Below are positions 41,318 to 54,220 of a DNA stretch of 64,000 nucleotides, piece after piece. Under the pieces are notes generated by a model that had not been told where the DNA came from, made no database searches, and saw only the letters and a program-made list of their open reading frames with translations. The stretch is from the human T2T-CHM13v2.0 reference genome, Homo sapiens. The stretch's first letter is position 1. Every line of letters begins with the position of its first letter. The stretch lies in the NCBI RefSeq assembly GCF_009914755.1, contig NC_060934.1; one strand, 5' to 3'. The position numbers and the translations under genes are program-made.

Positions 41318-43999
41318 AAGTGGATGAGCAGAAAATGATCATCAATATTAGCTTTGATTAGTTTAGATCAAAAGAATATTCACTGCATTTTGGGGATTAA
41401 TTATCCATCCTTCACTAGCCAACACTTAATATGGTGGCAAGTAGCCTGTCAGTGACACAACAGCGTCTCTCACGTCAGTGTACCATTTGATTTATTCTCC
41501 TTAACAGTAATCAGAGCTAGCTAGCTGTGTGTCACACACTGGGATTGCCACTTTTTAGTGCAAGAATTGGCAACACTATGAACCAAAAGAAACATGGAGC
41601 TGGCTGAAGAGGCCTGTGCCACCCCTTACTTTGTCTACCAAACCCTCACTCATCATGGTTCCCTATCAATTAAGCAATCATTTTTCTCTGAATATCTGGG
41701 CTCTTCAATAACATGGCTGCTTAGCAAATGACACTATGAATTAGCTCCCAGAGTGTTTCCACTTAGTAGAGGGAACAAATAACATGCCATTATGGATTTT
41801 CTGGCTGTAAAACCAAGACAGGTATTAGGTTTCAAAGAATTACAGTCTGAAGACAAGCAATCACATAATTTTAAAAGCGAGGTTAGGTCTGTAATCTACT
41901 GAATATCTTACAGTGGCCATGAAGTTGAAGGTAGACAAAGTTATATCTGTGAACTCACATGACTAGTTCATACACTGTCCCCCTGCCCAGTTTTATTTTA
42001 AATGCCCAGAATAGTGAGTATTATGTGCCTAGATATTTGCTCAAAGCATGCAAAATGCAGAATTAATGACTCTTTTTTTTACTGCCTTTAGGTAAAGCTA
42101 AGCACATTTACATAATGCATTTCTGTGTGTGAGAAATTAGAGATACTTTGGGGCTACTGGGAATTTTTCATTTAGCTTGTAGTGACATATATAGCACCCA
42201 GTCAAAAAAAAAAAAGAAGGAAAAAAAAATCACGAACTGTTTATCTTCAGGGGCCTGGCTGCAGTTTAGCAGAATACAGAGGCCAGGTATTTATAATATT
42301 TTTTAGCCATCTCCTTGCTTGATCTAACCATATGTCTAACTGTAGGTTGTGATAAATATAATGAGGATCTGTTTGGAGATGTGAGGCCAGAGTTGTAGAC
42401 AGTTTTACTAGTGTTCATAAATATTTATGCTCCAGATGTAATCATATTGTTACAGTTTCATACATACTCACACATAAAATTCACGAGATTATTTATTTTA
42501 ATAACTCGGCCATGCCCCCATCCCTAGGCAGCAAAATAAATTAGAGATGATAAAAATAAGGACTCAACAGTGGGTTGGCCAGATTCCTTCAACTAGAACC
42601 CATTTCAACTAGAATCAGAGTGCTTAGAGCCAGCCCAACCCATCAGTAGGTCAAAATGCTCCCCCACACCACACTTCACACTTTCCTGGCCTGCAACGCC
42701 CACCATTGGAGACAATCATGGATGATGCTATCAGTCATGAAATTTTTCCTCTGGAAGAAACAGGAGAGATGACTTTCCTACACATTACACATAACCACTA
42801 GCTCCCAGGACAACTCTCAGTGCATTAATTAAACTCTACCCTCTTCTCCACTCAAAAAATAAAATTGTTTCCATTCTGTATAGAAAGTGAATGATTAGCC
42901 AACTAACACACAAAGTAGTAGTAGTGAAAAAAATCTCTGGTATATCTCATGTTACTAAGGCCAGATCACAGCTTCCAAGAGGTCCAAGGAAAGATTCCAG
43001 AAAGGAGCCTAAAGGGTTCTTTGGCTATCTGAAGAATAATGAACTTCAGAGCAGTGACTATTGTCACTGGAATGCTGAGGGGAAGGGAAAGAAGCAGTAG
43101 AAATGAAGATCAATGAAGATCACAACACTTTCCCAGTGGAACTGTGATCATCAGGACAATGGAATTTCCTCTGCACATGCCCAGGAGCTTCTAGATAGAC
43201 AAAATGGGAGCATGTGTATCTGCTAGATGACTTCAAAAGGCCGGCTACAGAAGGGACCAAGGAGAACCATTTTCTACATCTCGTTCCACTGAAGCAGAAA
43301 ATGTTAGTGCTAGGAGACACTTATTTTAAGAAGTCTCCCTCAGTTCCCAGATAACTGAAGCAAACTCAGAACAGCTGAAGGTCACGTGGGAGCTGTGGCA
43401 CAGACCTACCAGGGCAGTGAGTTGAACCCACCTCTAATTACCAGTGAGATCTAATTTCCTCTACACTGCATATTAAAGCAAGCAGGAGAAGCAAGGTGAA
43501 TAAAGAAATAACTATCTACTTGAATGCCCAGGAATTTCTTAGCCTGCTGAAATGTATTCTTTTAGGAAAGTCAATTCCCTTGAGAAGAAACAGTAAAATG
43601 CTATCCTCAGATTACCCTTGGCTGAAAGATATAATGGACACTTAGCCTTTGGTGTCACCTGCTGGATACAGTCCTTTCTCCAAGATTGGTCATAGTCTCA
43701 GGTTACTTTTTTTTGGTCCATGTGCTTCATACACACACAATTCTAGACCTCATGTGCCGATCAGAATTCCCTACCCATGCCTGATCTTCCTCTTCTGGCC
43801 AAAATAAATAGATACTTCCATAGAAAATATACATCCTTTTTCCCTTTGTCCTTTAAGAACAGATTTTTTTTTTTTTTTTTTTGCCAGTAAGTCTCTAGCT
43901 ATCTAATCTGCTAAACCTGTCCAAGTTACCATGCTGAGGGGAGTCTACAAGGCACACCAGAGCCAACCTTCCCTACCTAGCCATTGTACCTGCCTGTCT

Positions 44000-44210
44000 A
44001 TCAAGCAGCATAATGGAAAGAGGAATTGGAAGATAGAACTTGAGTCTTGGCTATGTGACCTTGGGCTTTAAGCTTTAAGATCCTCATTATAAAACAGGTT
44101 TAAATCCCCACTGTTTATACCTTACAGAGTAGTGAGGTCCAGATGTGGAAGGGTATGTGAAAGTGCTTGATAAACTTAAAGCACTTTATAAATTCAATGC
44201 ATTGTTAGTA
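44000..44210 (+). mobile_element. MIR SINE
   Basis: agcataatggaaagag...ctatgtgaccttgggc...tatgtgaaagtgctt. Confidence 0.6.
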
Positions 44211-46445
44211 ATCCATAGGAGTGATGCTGTAGTGGAAATCTAAAGCCAAGGATGGAGAATTCTTAAGCATTCTTAAAAATCCATGCCCTGGTGGTTACCT
44301 GTTCAACCTGTGCATGAAATCAGCTGTGCCTCTAGGTTTTCTAAGAGAATCACCATCTTCATGGAAAAACACAATTTTTACACCATCCTTAAGGTGTCAG
44401 ACATCCTCTTTCCACTACTGTTACCCAGAAGCAGAAGGTAGTTCAGGAAATAACTAACTTTTTCTCATTATTAGCCAACCATTCAGGGTTGTTCTTATAG
44501 TGTTTTTCCAGAAGATGTTTGCCTGATATCCCAAAACTTTCCTGCAGCCTCCTTAACTATCTTGCTAATTCCTTGACAGAAACTTCATCTGGTACCCCTA
44601 CTTTTTATCTGCCATGTACACCATGTAACCGAAAAATGTTGTTTCCCTATTGCCTTTTGAGCCAAGAGTACCAAAATTTGGTGCCCGCAATTTCTGAATG
44701 CACTTCCTCTAAAACAAATCTTCGTAGTAAATCTCTCTTGAACCTGGCATACCCTTTTCTTTTCACACATTTACGTTATAAATTCACATCTTTGCTTTCT
44801 CACCCCTCTGACATCCTGAGAGACAGTATAATCTACACAGTGAGTTAAAGCTGCTCTGCCTTTTGCCTCCATGGGAAGTTATCCAAGAACAGGCCAGGCA
44901 CTTGCCCTTTCTCACCTGTGACATTTATGGCAGGCACTCTATCAATGAAGCTTCCAGACCCAGTTTATGCTTGATCATCCTGGAATGCAAATCAGATCAA
45001 ATGTTGATCATTTGGCAAATCATTTGAGCTACCAATTAGCTTGTGCAGAAGCCTTGGGAAATAGGTATTTCCAGGCAGTTGAAAAGATTTTAAAAGTAGT
45101 GCAAATTTTAGGTAAGTGGAAGTTTATGTATTTCCAGTAAATGTTAGATGGGACCTGGTTAAGTCAAAGCAGTAGCCCAGCAAGTTGCTACCTTTGACCA
45201 GTGTTCTTCTGAGATAATTTTTAATTTTTTTTTGCCCTTTCAAAAGAATGAAATGAACAGCTAAACACATTTTATAATAAGGAATCTATGGCGGAACTGG
45301 ACATTCTTACATGTGACAGAGTAAGTAGAATGTAGTATTGATTTAAATTTCCCATTCCTCTTATTGAGGAAATGATAGCTAAGAGAATAGTTTTGTTTTT
45401 GTTTTTGTTTGTACTGTTTTGATGATTTTTTCCCTTCTCTTACTTTGAAAATTTTCAGATCTACAGAAAAGCTTATAAAAGCTACTATCCTTCCCCTAGA
45501 TATACCAATTATTAAATGTTGCCTCACATGCTTTTTCTCTCTTTATATCTGCTTCTTTCCTCCAGAGCCATTTAAAATAAATTTCAGGCATTATAATGCT
45601 TCACCCATCAATATTTTAGGGCATATCTCCTAACTACAATATTGTTATTATATCCAAAGAATTTAACATTGATACAATTTTTAAACAGATTTTTAGATAT
45701 TCACATACAGTGAAATATACCAATTATGAGTGTATGGTTCAATCAGTTTTAACCAATGAATATACTTGTATAATCCATGCCCCTATCAAGCCAAAGGGCA
45801 TCTCCATCATCCCAGAAGATTCCCTCATACACCTTTCCAGTCAACTCCTCTTTACTCCCAGAAGCAACCACTGATCTGATTTCTATCACCACCAATTCAT
45901 TTTGCCTCTTCTAGAACTTCATATAAATGGAGTCATACATTTTGTATATTATAGTTAAACTTTCTTCCTGTCATAATATTTCTGAGATTCATCCATGTTG
46001 TAGGGTGTATTAATTCATTCCTTTTTATTGCTGATTATTATTATATTATCTAAATATAGCTCAGTTTGTTATTCATCTCCTCTGGCTGTGTTGAGTTTTT
46101 GGCCCTTATGAACATTCCTGAACAAAGGTTTGTGGACATATTAACACAGTAATATTGCCTAATACATAGTTCATATTTAAATTATGCCGATTGTCCCCAG
46201 CTTTTCTTTTTTTTTTCATTCCAGGATCAAATTAAGTGTCATGCATTATATTTGGCTGTCCTTTCTCTTTGGTGTCCTTTAATTAACAACAATCCTGCTT
46301 TTAAAAAATATCTCTCATGACTTTTTCTTTTAAAGTTTGAGAAGATTGTCTTGTGGAATGTTCTTCATCCTGGGTTTGTCCGTTATTTCTTTGTGATTAG
46401 ATTGAGTTTGAACGTTTTTGTCAAAAAAACCAAGATGATTGATTT

Positions 46446-47583
46446 CAAAAGCAGCCTCTAAATGGTTCCCAATGATCTTCACATCCTAGTGGCCATGCTT
46501 TTGTGGTAACATGGCCATGCTGATATAGGAGTTAAAAAGAAATTATTTAGGCAGATAGTGAGGGTAAGGAAGTCCTTGGTAAGGTTTTCCTTTTAATGAA
46601 AAGCAGCCCCCAAATTATTTTCTTTTCTAACAAAGAGCAACCTGTAAAATCGAGCTGCAGACATAGATAAGCAAGCTGGAAGCTTGCACAGGTGAATGCT
46701 GGCAGTTACACCAATAGGAAAAGGCTACCTGGAATTAGGCATGTTCAAAATGGTGTCTCCATCTTCCCTTCTCTTTGCCAGCCACATGTACAATAAGGAG
46801 CAGACAAGATGGCACTGGCCAAGTGGAAAGCCCATTTATGTAATAAGATTAGGGTAGGGCAACCAGCCTTCCCTGCCTGCTATGTAAACATCACACCTGG
46901 TTGAACCAATCTGTGGGCCCTAGTAAATCAGACCCCACCTCCTCAAGCCTGCCTATAAAATCTGCTGTGGTCAGCCACAGGCCAGCTTTTCCCTTTTGGT
47001 TGCCTCTCTCTCACAAAAGAGAGAGAGCTGCTCTCCTCTCTCCTTTCTTCTGCCTATTAAACTTTCTGCTCCTTAACCCACCCAAGTTTCTGTGTTTTTA
47101 ATTTTCTTGGTGTGAGATGATGAATCCCGGGTATTTACCCCAGACAATGATGTCACTTCAATGCCACATTAAAACAGGTCTGGCCTGTATGACCAATAGA
47201 ATACTGTGGATGTGATGATTTGTAATTTCCAAATCTAGATATAAAGACATTGTGGCCTTTGCTCTGAGCTCTTGGTTCACTAGATCTAGGAGAAGCCAGC
47301 TGTGATGCTGTAAAGGCACTCAGGCAGCCCTGGGGAAAGGCCCAGGTGGAGAAGAACCAACTTTCTCAGACCAAATGTCCAGCCATGTGGCATTTTGAAA
47401 GTCAGTAAGCCATCCCCAGTCAGGCCTTCAGATTACTGTAGTCCTCACTGACCTCTGATTACAATCTCATGAGAGACCTCAAGCTAGAACTTCCTAGCCA
47501 AAACCTTAATAATAAATGATTACTATTGTTTTAAGCCACCAAGTTCTTGGGGTATTTATTATGCAACATCAGATAACTAATAT
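46446..47583 (+). mobile_element. MLT1 (F-like) LTR split by MER61
   Basis: gcagcctctaaatggttcccaatgatc...gttttaagccac...agataactaatata. Confidence 0.75.
46521..47160 (+). mobile_element. MER61-like ERV1 solo LTR
   Basis: TGATATAGGAGTTAAAAAGAAATTATTTAGGCAG...CACTTCA; CCAAT, TATAAAA and ATTAAA inside; perfect TSD ATGC. Confidence 0.85.
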
Positions 47584-49082
47584 AGTGACATCATATACTT
47601 CCCACTGAATGACAACAGGCATCATATTCCACTATTGGTAATGCTAAGTTTGATCATTTGGTTAGGTTAGAATCTACCAGGTCTCTCCACCATAAGTTTA
47701 CCTTTCCCCTTTATAATAAATACATGGGGTGATGTTTGAGACTATCTAAATATGCTGATCCCCAATAACTTTTGCCCAATAGCATTAGAAACATTGATAA
47801 TCCATGTCTGAATCAATGATTACACTGATATTTGAAAGTGGAGATTTTCCTAATTCTATCATTCTATTTACTATCTGGCATTCTTTTATAAAGAAAAAAA
47901 GAGCTTTCTCTATATTTTGTTCCATCTCTCTTTTTTCTCCTTATCACTGTGAACTTATGGATTAGTTTTTATTCAATGTACATATCCAATATTTTCATTT
48001 GCCCCCTCCATTTGTTTAAAATTGGTCATTAGAATCCCCTTCAAGTTATCTCATGAGTTATGTAGACATATGCTTACTGGTCTTTGAGCATTTTGAGGTA
48101 ATAATCTTAGTGCTAACATAGTCTAGTTCTTCTCTGTGGATCCCATAGAGTATAGACAACACTTAGGTTTCTTATTTCAGGTCCGTTATTAATAATTGCA
48201 GAATTCATTTAACAAATATTTATTGAGTACCTACCAGCACCAGACATTGTTCTAGACACTAGGGAGAAAGGCCTAGGTAAAGATATGAACAAAAGAGAAG
48301 AAAGAATCTCTGCCCTTGTAGTTTACATTTCAGAGAATATTCTTACATTTTTGCTGATATAATTTTTCAAGTTGTTCAAAAGACCAAGGCTTCATCTCTT
48401 GCTTCTGTAGGATTTTGTTTTCTGCTTTCTAAAATGCAGACTGCTTGATATTCTTCTTAATTAAGTTGGCTGCTTGTTATTGTAGATCTGCCTGTCTTTC
48501 TGTTTTTCTGTCTCTCCCGGCTCCTAAATTCTTATATCTGGGTTCACTTTCACAGTTATGCTTTCTCTGTGTGATCAGCCATATTTTGTGCATTATGACA
48601 ATGAGAGAAGTATTTTGAAACTTTGGGGCATGGAAAAAGTCATTTCCACCTCAGGGTCCAGCTGAAAATAACTTCTGTATTCTACAGCTCCATTATTTTC
48701 CTGCGTAACACCATTAAAGCCCTCCCAAAGGCAATCTTTTGGGCATTATTGTTTAATCAAATTATTCCGACAGTGTGTGGACTGCACGAGCACCTAGAAC
48801 AATAGTGAGCATATAGTTGAAGCGAAGACAATGTCCAGTGAACATCAACAAACTGTTGGGCTGATTTGACTGAATCAACCAATGGTAACTGTGGCTTGCT
48901 GTTTTCTTATTATGTAGGACTTCTATTTTATGTTGAAGGTAAAAATCCTATGCAACTCTACGGGTATTGAAGACTTCATTCCTGTAGGGAAACTACTAAT
49001 TGTAAGCAACAAAGACTAACAATTCCTCTTTTGTTCTCTTGAAGGATTTTAAAACAAAATCTTCTTCCACCTTTCCTCTATA

Positions 49083-49295
49083 CCAATGGTTCCTAACTGA
49101 GGGCAATTTTGTCCCCAGAGAACAGGTGGCAATTCCTGGAGATATTTTCAACAGCATGACCAGGAGGGGCGCTATTGGCATCTACTGAATAGAGGCCAAA
49201 GATGCTACTAAACACATAAAATGCACAGAACAGCCCCTACAACAAAGAATTACGTTGTGCAAAGTGTCAACAGTGCTGAGGCTGAGTAATTCTGT
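49083..49295 (+). mobile_element. MER20 hAT DNA transposon
   Basis: gggcaattttgtcccc...ctggagatatttt...ggcatctac...agaggccaaagatgct...acagcccctacaacaaagaatta. Confidence 0.85.
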
Positions 49296-50346
49296 TCTGT
49301 ATGCATAGTCTAAGTCACCATATAATATGTAAAGGTGCTAATACCCAGAGTGCCATTGGGGGTGCTGCTCCATGATGTCAGAACATAGCCTTTGGGTAAT
49401 ATAAGCAACCATATCACTGGCAACTACAGCAAAATCGAACTTCAAGAGCAAATTGACAATATCTGAGTTATGGGGAGAACTGAATTTCACAAAGAATGTT
49501 CTAGAAATGGTTTGATTTTCTGCTGCTTTCTGTAAGCCTTTTAAGGTTATTCTACCTGCAACCCATGTTCTTTTTTCACTACCTCCCTCTTGGGTACAGA
49601 TGGGAGGAATGTCCCAGAGATTGCAGGAAAAAAAATGCTTTTATCCTCCTCTTGCCTTTCAAAGTCTTTGCTTCCTTTACATGGCTTGGCTTCACATAAT
49701 CCTTACCTGGTGGGTAATAGAGTACAGACTGTATTCCTGAAGAGCTGCCACCCCTGCTCTGTTTAGGGACCCTGCCTCAGCAGGCTGGGCTATCAGCTGC
49801 CCCCACAGCCAGCGAGCAAGTGAGGTCACACAAGCTGTGGTGGCAGAGATTACACCAGCCTTTTGCATTTGGCCTGGAATCCCATGGGGCATTCAATCCC
49901 CTCTCCTGTGGTGCCTTTGTGGGCCTTCCCCTAACAAATGCCTACTTGTTCTTCCTCAAAGCTCACAGGGTGTCAGAAGCCAAGACCGAGCCCTCGTTTG
50001 CATTCCTGGGGCCCACTGGCATGGCCTCAGGAATTCTGCAGCTGCAGCATGAATGGGGCCATTTGATGGCTTAGCTAAGGGCTTAAGTGGAGTTGGATGG
50101 CACAGAATCCTCCCATTAAACGGCACTGTCAAATTTTCAACCAGACTCAAACTAATGCTCTTTAGAAAAATCACTTGTTGTCTGAGTTCCCCCAACTTTC
50201 AACTCTTTGCTAAGGGAGGGCATCAGAGATCTGGATTCAGCTTCCACAGCAGTGGGCTTGGTACATAATGCTCAGTAAATATTGGTTAAATCAAACAGTG
50301 AAAGCCAAAGTGCCAAAATGAAGCCTTATAGATTGGTTGGTAGCAC

Positions 50347-50899
50347 AGGAGAGGAAACAACATCTTCTTCCTCTACCCTGTTTGGTTCTCCTTCTGCAGG
50401 CCTGTAAATGAGACTGACAAAAGTCAGGTTAACTAGAAAACAAAACAAAACAAAACAGAAGTTTGTTAGTATATTCAATGCCCATGGCCATGGGGGTACT
50501 CAGTAGCGAGTGACTTAAAGGGGTAGTTAAAATTTCAGCTTCTATAGCATCTTGAGAACAATGAATTAGGAGAGAAGGGACAAGACAAGGGAAAAGGACT
50601 TAGAGCTTCTAGGCACTGGTAAATTGTGGAAAGGTAAATATATTGGGGGAACTAATGGAAAATAAGGGTTGTTTTTAGCAAGGTCTGCCTCTGGGCTGAT
50701 AAAGGTCTAGAGTTGTCTTCAGTGATTAATTTCTGTCCTTTCAGGTAGAGAGGGGAGGGGGAACACCTTTACAAACTTATGTCCTGCTTTTAGGCAGAGA
50801 GCTTTTCTTGTATCTGCTTCTTCTCAATGAAGCTTCAGCTCAAAATAATCCTTATGTTAAAGTGGCATATTTTGGGGTGGCATACTCTGCTACCCTTCA
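50347..50899 (-). mobile_element. MER34-like ERV1 LTR
   Basis: ttcagctcaaaataatccttatg...gtggcatattttggggtggcata...cccttca; GCAC on both flanks. Confidence 0.8.
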
Positions 50900-51325
50900 G
50901 CACTGCTTTTCTTTGCCTCCACCCCTATCCTTTAGCCCTTATCTTTAGTTTAAAGAGCACTGTTCCTGGAAATGAATAATTCTCAGTAAGAGCAACAATA
51001 AATGTTTCTATACAGTCAAAATTTCAACCTTAACACCAGGCACATTGTTTCCACACCCCTAGGCTTATTTCCACATGGCCAACAAACTGTTCATTTTTAA
51101 AATGCGAATCTGAGTGTGTTCGATCATCAGGGAAAAACCTCTAGCCTCAAAACCCATCACTTTCCCTCTCTCTAACTACACTCTGAGCTCAGTGCACCCC
51201 CACCCTCCTTTCACTAAACCACTTTGTTCTGTCTTGCCACTGAGCCTTTGCACATTCTGTTGGCCTGTAACACTCTTCCTGCCTTTCTTTGTGGCGCTCT
51301 TACCCAGGATGCATTTAGCTTAGGT

Positions 51326-51856
51326 CAGTGGTTCTTAAAGTATACCACACATTAGAAACGTCTCAGAGAGCTTTTCATCCCCTGTACCAATTAAATCAGA
51401 ATCTCTGGGAATGGAATCCAGGGATGGGGATTTGATTAAACTCCCCAGGTGATTTCAATGTGCAAGCAAGTTTGAGAACCAGTGTTTTACTGTGTATAAG
51501 TATTACCTGGTAATCTTGATGCAGATTCTGACTGAGTACATCTAGGATAAGACTTGAAATTCTGCATTTCTAATAAGCTCCTAGGTGAGGCTCATGCTGC
51601 AGGCTCATATTGTTCGTCTGCAGACCATACTTTGGGTAGCAAAGGCTGAGACTTCAGTTCCTCTAAGACAGTGGTTCTCAAAGCATGGTCTCCAGACCTG
51701 CAGCATTAGTATGGCCTGGGAACTTGCTAGAAATGCAAACTCTCAGGTCTCAAACCATACCTATTGAATCAGAAACTCTAGGGTGAGGGCCAGCAGGATG
51801 TGTTTTAAAAGTCCTCCAGGTGATCCTAACGTTTGAGAACTCATGTTTGAGAACTG
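51326..51856. mobile_element. Cluster of three MER5-family MITEs within an L2
   Basis: cagtggttct... termini and ccaggtgat/ctaggtga cores at ~51326-51484, ~51490-51645 and ~51669-51856. Confidence 0.75.
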
Positions 51857-52780
51857 CCCCTGCAGGAAGTGTTCCTGAGACCCCAAAACTAACTTTATTT
51901 TCCTCTTTCTAGTCTCTTCTGCTTTTCCAGAGTATCTTGTGTTTCCCTCTGCTGCAGCAGTTTCACTGTCTGCGTACTAGCCTATATCCCAAACTGGAGG
52001 GCAAAGTCTGTGATTGTTGGGCCCATGGGATCCCAATGACCTAGGACAGTGGCTAGCATCTACTAAGCACTCAGTAAATATTTGTTGAATGCATTAAAGA
52101 AGGACAGGGAGTTAAGCTACACCTTGTTATGTGATTCTTTCCAGGTTATTTCCTCTGTGGCTAGCATAAAGAAAAAAGAAGAAAGAACAAGGATATAAAA
52201 TACCATCAAGGCCACCTGGTGCCTGAACTCTGTCCCTCACAGTGAGAAGGTCCAGGTTTTGATGATTCTTCTCTCTAGCAAAGCTAAAAATGAGAGTTTA
52301 ATAAATGTCTTTCTGTGGAGAGGCTAAGCCTAGCACAAATAAAATGAGGGAGAGGGAAGGAGGAACGCAGAAACAGTTTTCTGCAGAATTACCTGGCAGT
52401 AGTTTCTTCTCATGCTGCAACACAGTGAAAAAAGAGTAATTCAGATTCCCTTCACATTCTACTCTCCCAGCTTTTCTTTCTTACCTGATAGTCTCCCTAA
52501 TAGTCTCATCAATAGGAACATCTCCATTTCTTCCAGGGAACAGAGGTGAAGGTATGCCACTTACTAGGGCCCATAAGCACCTTTTGTTTGGCAGTAAGAT
52601 AAAGGGAGAGAGATTTTTGCCACCCCTCGGACACAGCTATCAGCAGATTTCACGGAGTACCCCTAGCAAATTCATATTGGTTTATATAAATCTGTTGGAA
52701 GATGTAAAACTGCTTATACCCAGGAAAGGCATGGTGGGCATTGGAAATTCTCCTTCCAGGGATCACAGAATCCGGAGGGG

Positions 52781-52962
52781 GTAGGGTTCTTAATCCTAGT
52801 TGCATATTAAGACAACCTAAGGAGATTTCTAACAAAAGCAATGCCCAGCCCAACCCTACACCAGTGCCATCAGACTCTCCGAGAGCAGAGCCCGGGTGCC
52901 TGCATTTTTAACATCACCTGGGCACCCCAGGTGATTCTAATATGCAGCTTAAGGACCACTGG
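52781..52962. mobile_element. MER5-family MITE
   Basis: agggttcttaatc...ccccaggtgattctaatatgcagc...gaccactgg. Confidence 0.7.
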
Positions 52963-53581
52963 CATAGTGTTAAGGCCAGGTGGGGACTTAGGAATCATGG
53001 GACCCAATGCCATATAATGGATAAAATGAGTGGACTAGATCTCTATAGAAACAATAACGTGGAATCAGCAAAACATCACAATATGGAATGGAAAAAAACA
53101 AGTCTGCAGAGAAGAAGCTCAGAATGATACAAATTATTAAATACATGCCCCCAAATTACATATTCTTTATATTGCTATATTGATTATATGGGTAGAAGTC
53201 TAAAAGTGGATTAGAAGGAAGTGAGTTCAGGTCTTACAAGTGGTGTCTTCTGGGCCCAGGGGAAGGGACTAGGGAGGGAGGATAAAGGGAGCAAAGTGGG
53301 GTCCACCTTCTTGTGTTGTGCTTTCCTTCATTTATGGTTTCAAAACAAGACTTGAAACAAACATTGCACAATGTTAGTAGTGTCTTCTGACTGGAGGGTA
53401 TGCACAGATTTATATTTTTGTGCTTTCCTCTTTTTAAAAAAAATCTTAAAACAAAAATAATTTTAAGAATAAAGATCTAGCACCTCGGGTTGTCTAATGA
53501 TAAAGCCTGAATGCATAAATGCCATAATAACTCTGTCAATGGCTCTGGACTCACACACCTCAGGGAACTGCAATTAAACTC

Positions 53582-54220
53582 TGCTGAGTCACAGATGCCC
53601 TGCCTGGAGAGTCGTGTGCCTTCTCAGCATCCCTGTAACCTCCTCTGTCCCCAGGTTCACAGCTCCCCTACTCAGAGGCTCTCGGCTCCTCCCTCTGCGG
53701 CTGCAGGCTGCTCTCTCTGTCCCTGCCCGCTGGCCTAGTGGGTGGTGACACAGCACGGTGCATTCCTGCAGGCAGGCTCAGGCCCCTGTGTAGTTGGCTT
53801 GACCCAGGCAAGCTCCTGCACTTGTCGCTGAAGAGCAAGGGCTCAGGTGGGCGTTCCGGTGCGGGAACCTTGCAGGAAGGCAATCAGTCGGTTTGTATTC
53901 AAGCTGAAAAGCCCCCTCTGAAGCCTGCGATCCAGACACAAAGCGGGATGAATGTGCTTCGCTGCAGAGCGTACAGCTGGGTTATTGACTGGGACTGAGA
54001 GAGGCGTTGAAATGAAATAGGGAGACTGAAGAGATCTGCTCTTTTGATTCGGTCTCTTCCAGGATTTTGCAAGCTCCAGATAGCTTTGGTCCAAAGTGAA
54101 AAATCTCCCTAAGATCCTATCTAAAATTTGGGGGAATCAGCTGCGTAAATCATTTTTCTTTTGATAAAAAGCGTGCTGTTTTCTCCCCCTCCCATGTTCT
54201 GATGTGGCTGGCTCACCTGT
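53582..54220. promoter_or_regulatory. CpG-enriched unique patch with ARE/NF-E2 motif (candidate enhancer/promoter)
   Basis: TGCTGAGTCAC at 53582-53592; about 18 CpGs by eye in ~560 bp; CAGCTG E-boxes. Confidence 0.45.

Larger units (their letters stand above)
45430..48100 (-). mobile_element. L1MC/ME-type 3' regions, antisense, with nested LTRs
   Basis: tttgaaaattttcagatctacagaaaag; ctagaacttcatataaatggagtcatac; gtttgatcatttggttaggt. Confidence 0.75.

Noticed and set aside
53730-53750. Possible CTCF site
   Set aside because: Too many mismatches to the CCASYAGRKGGCRS core.
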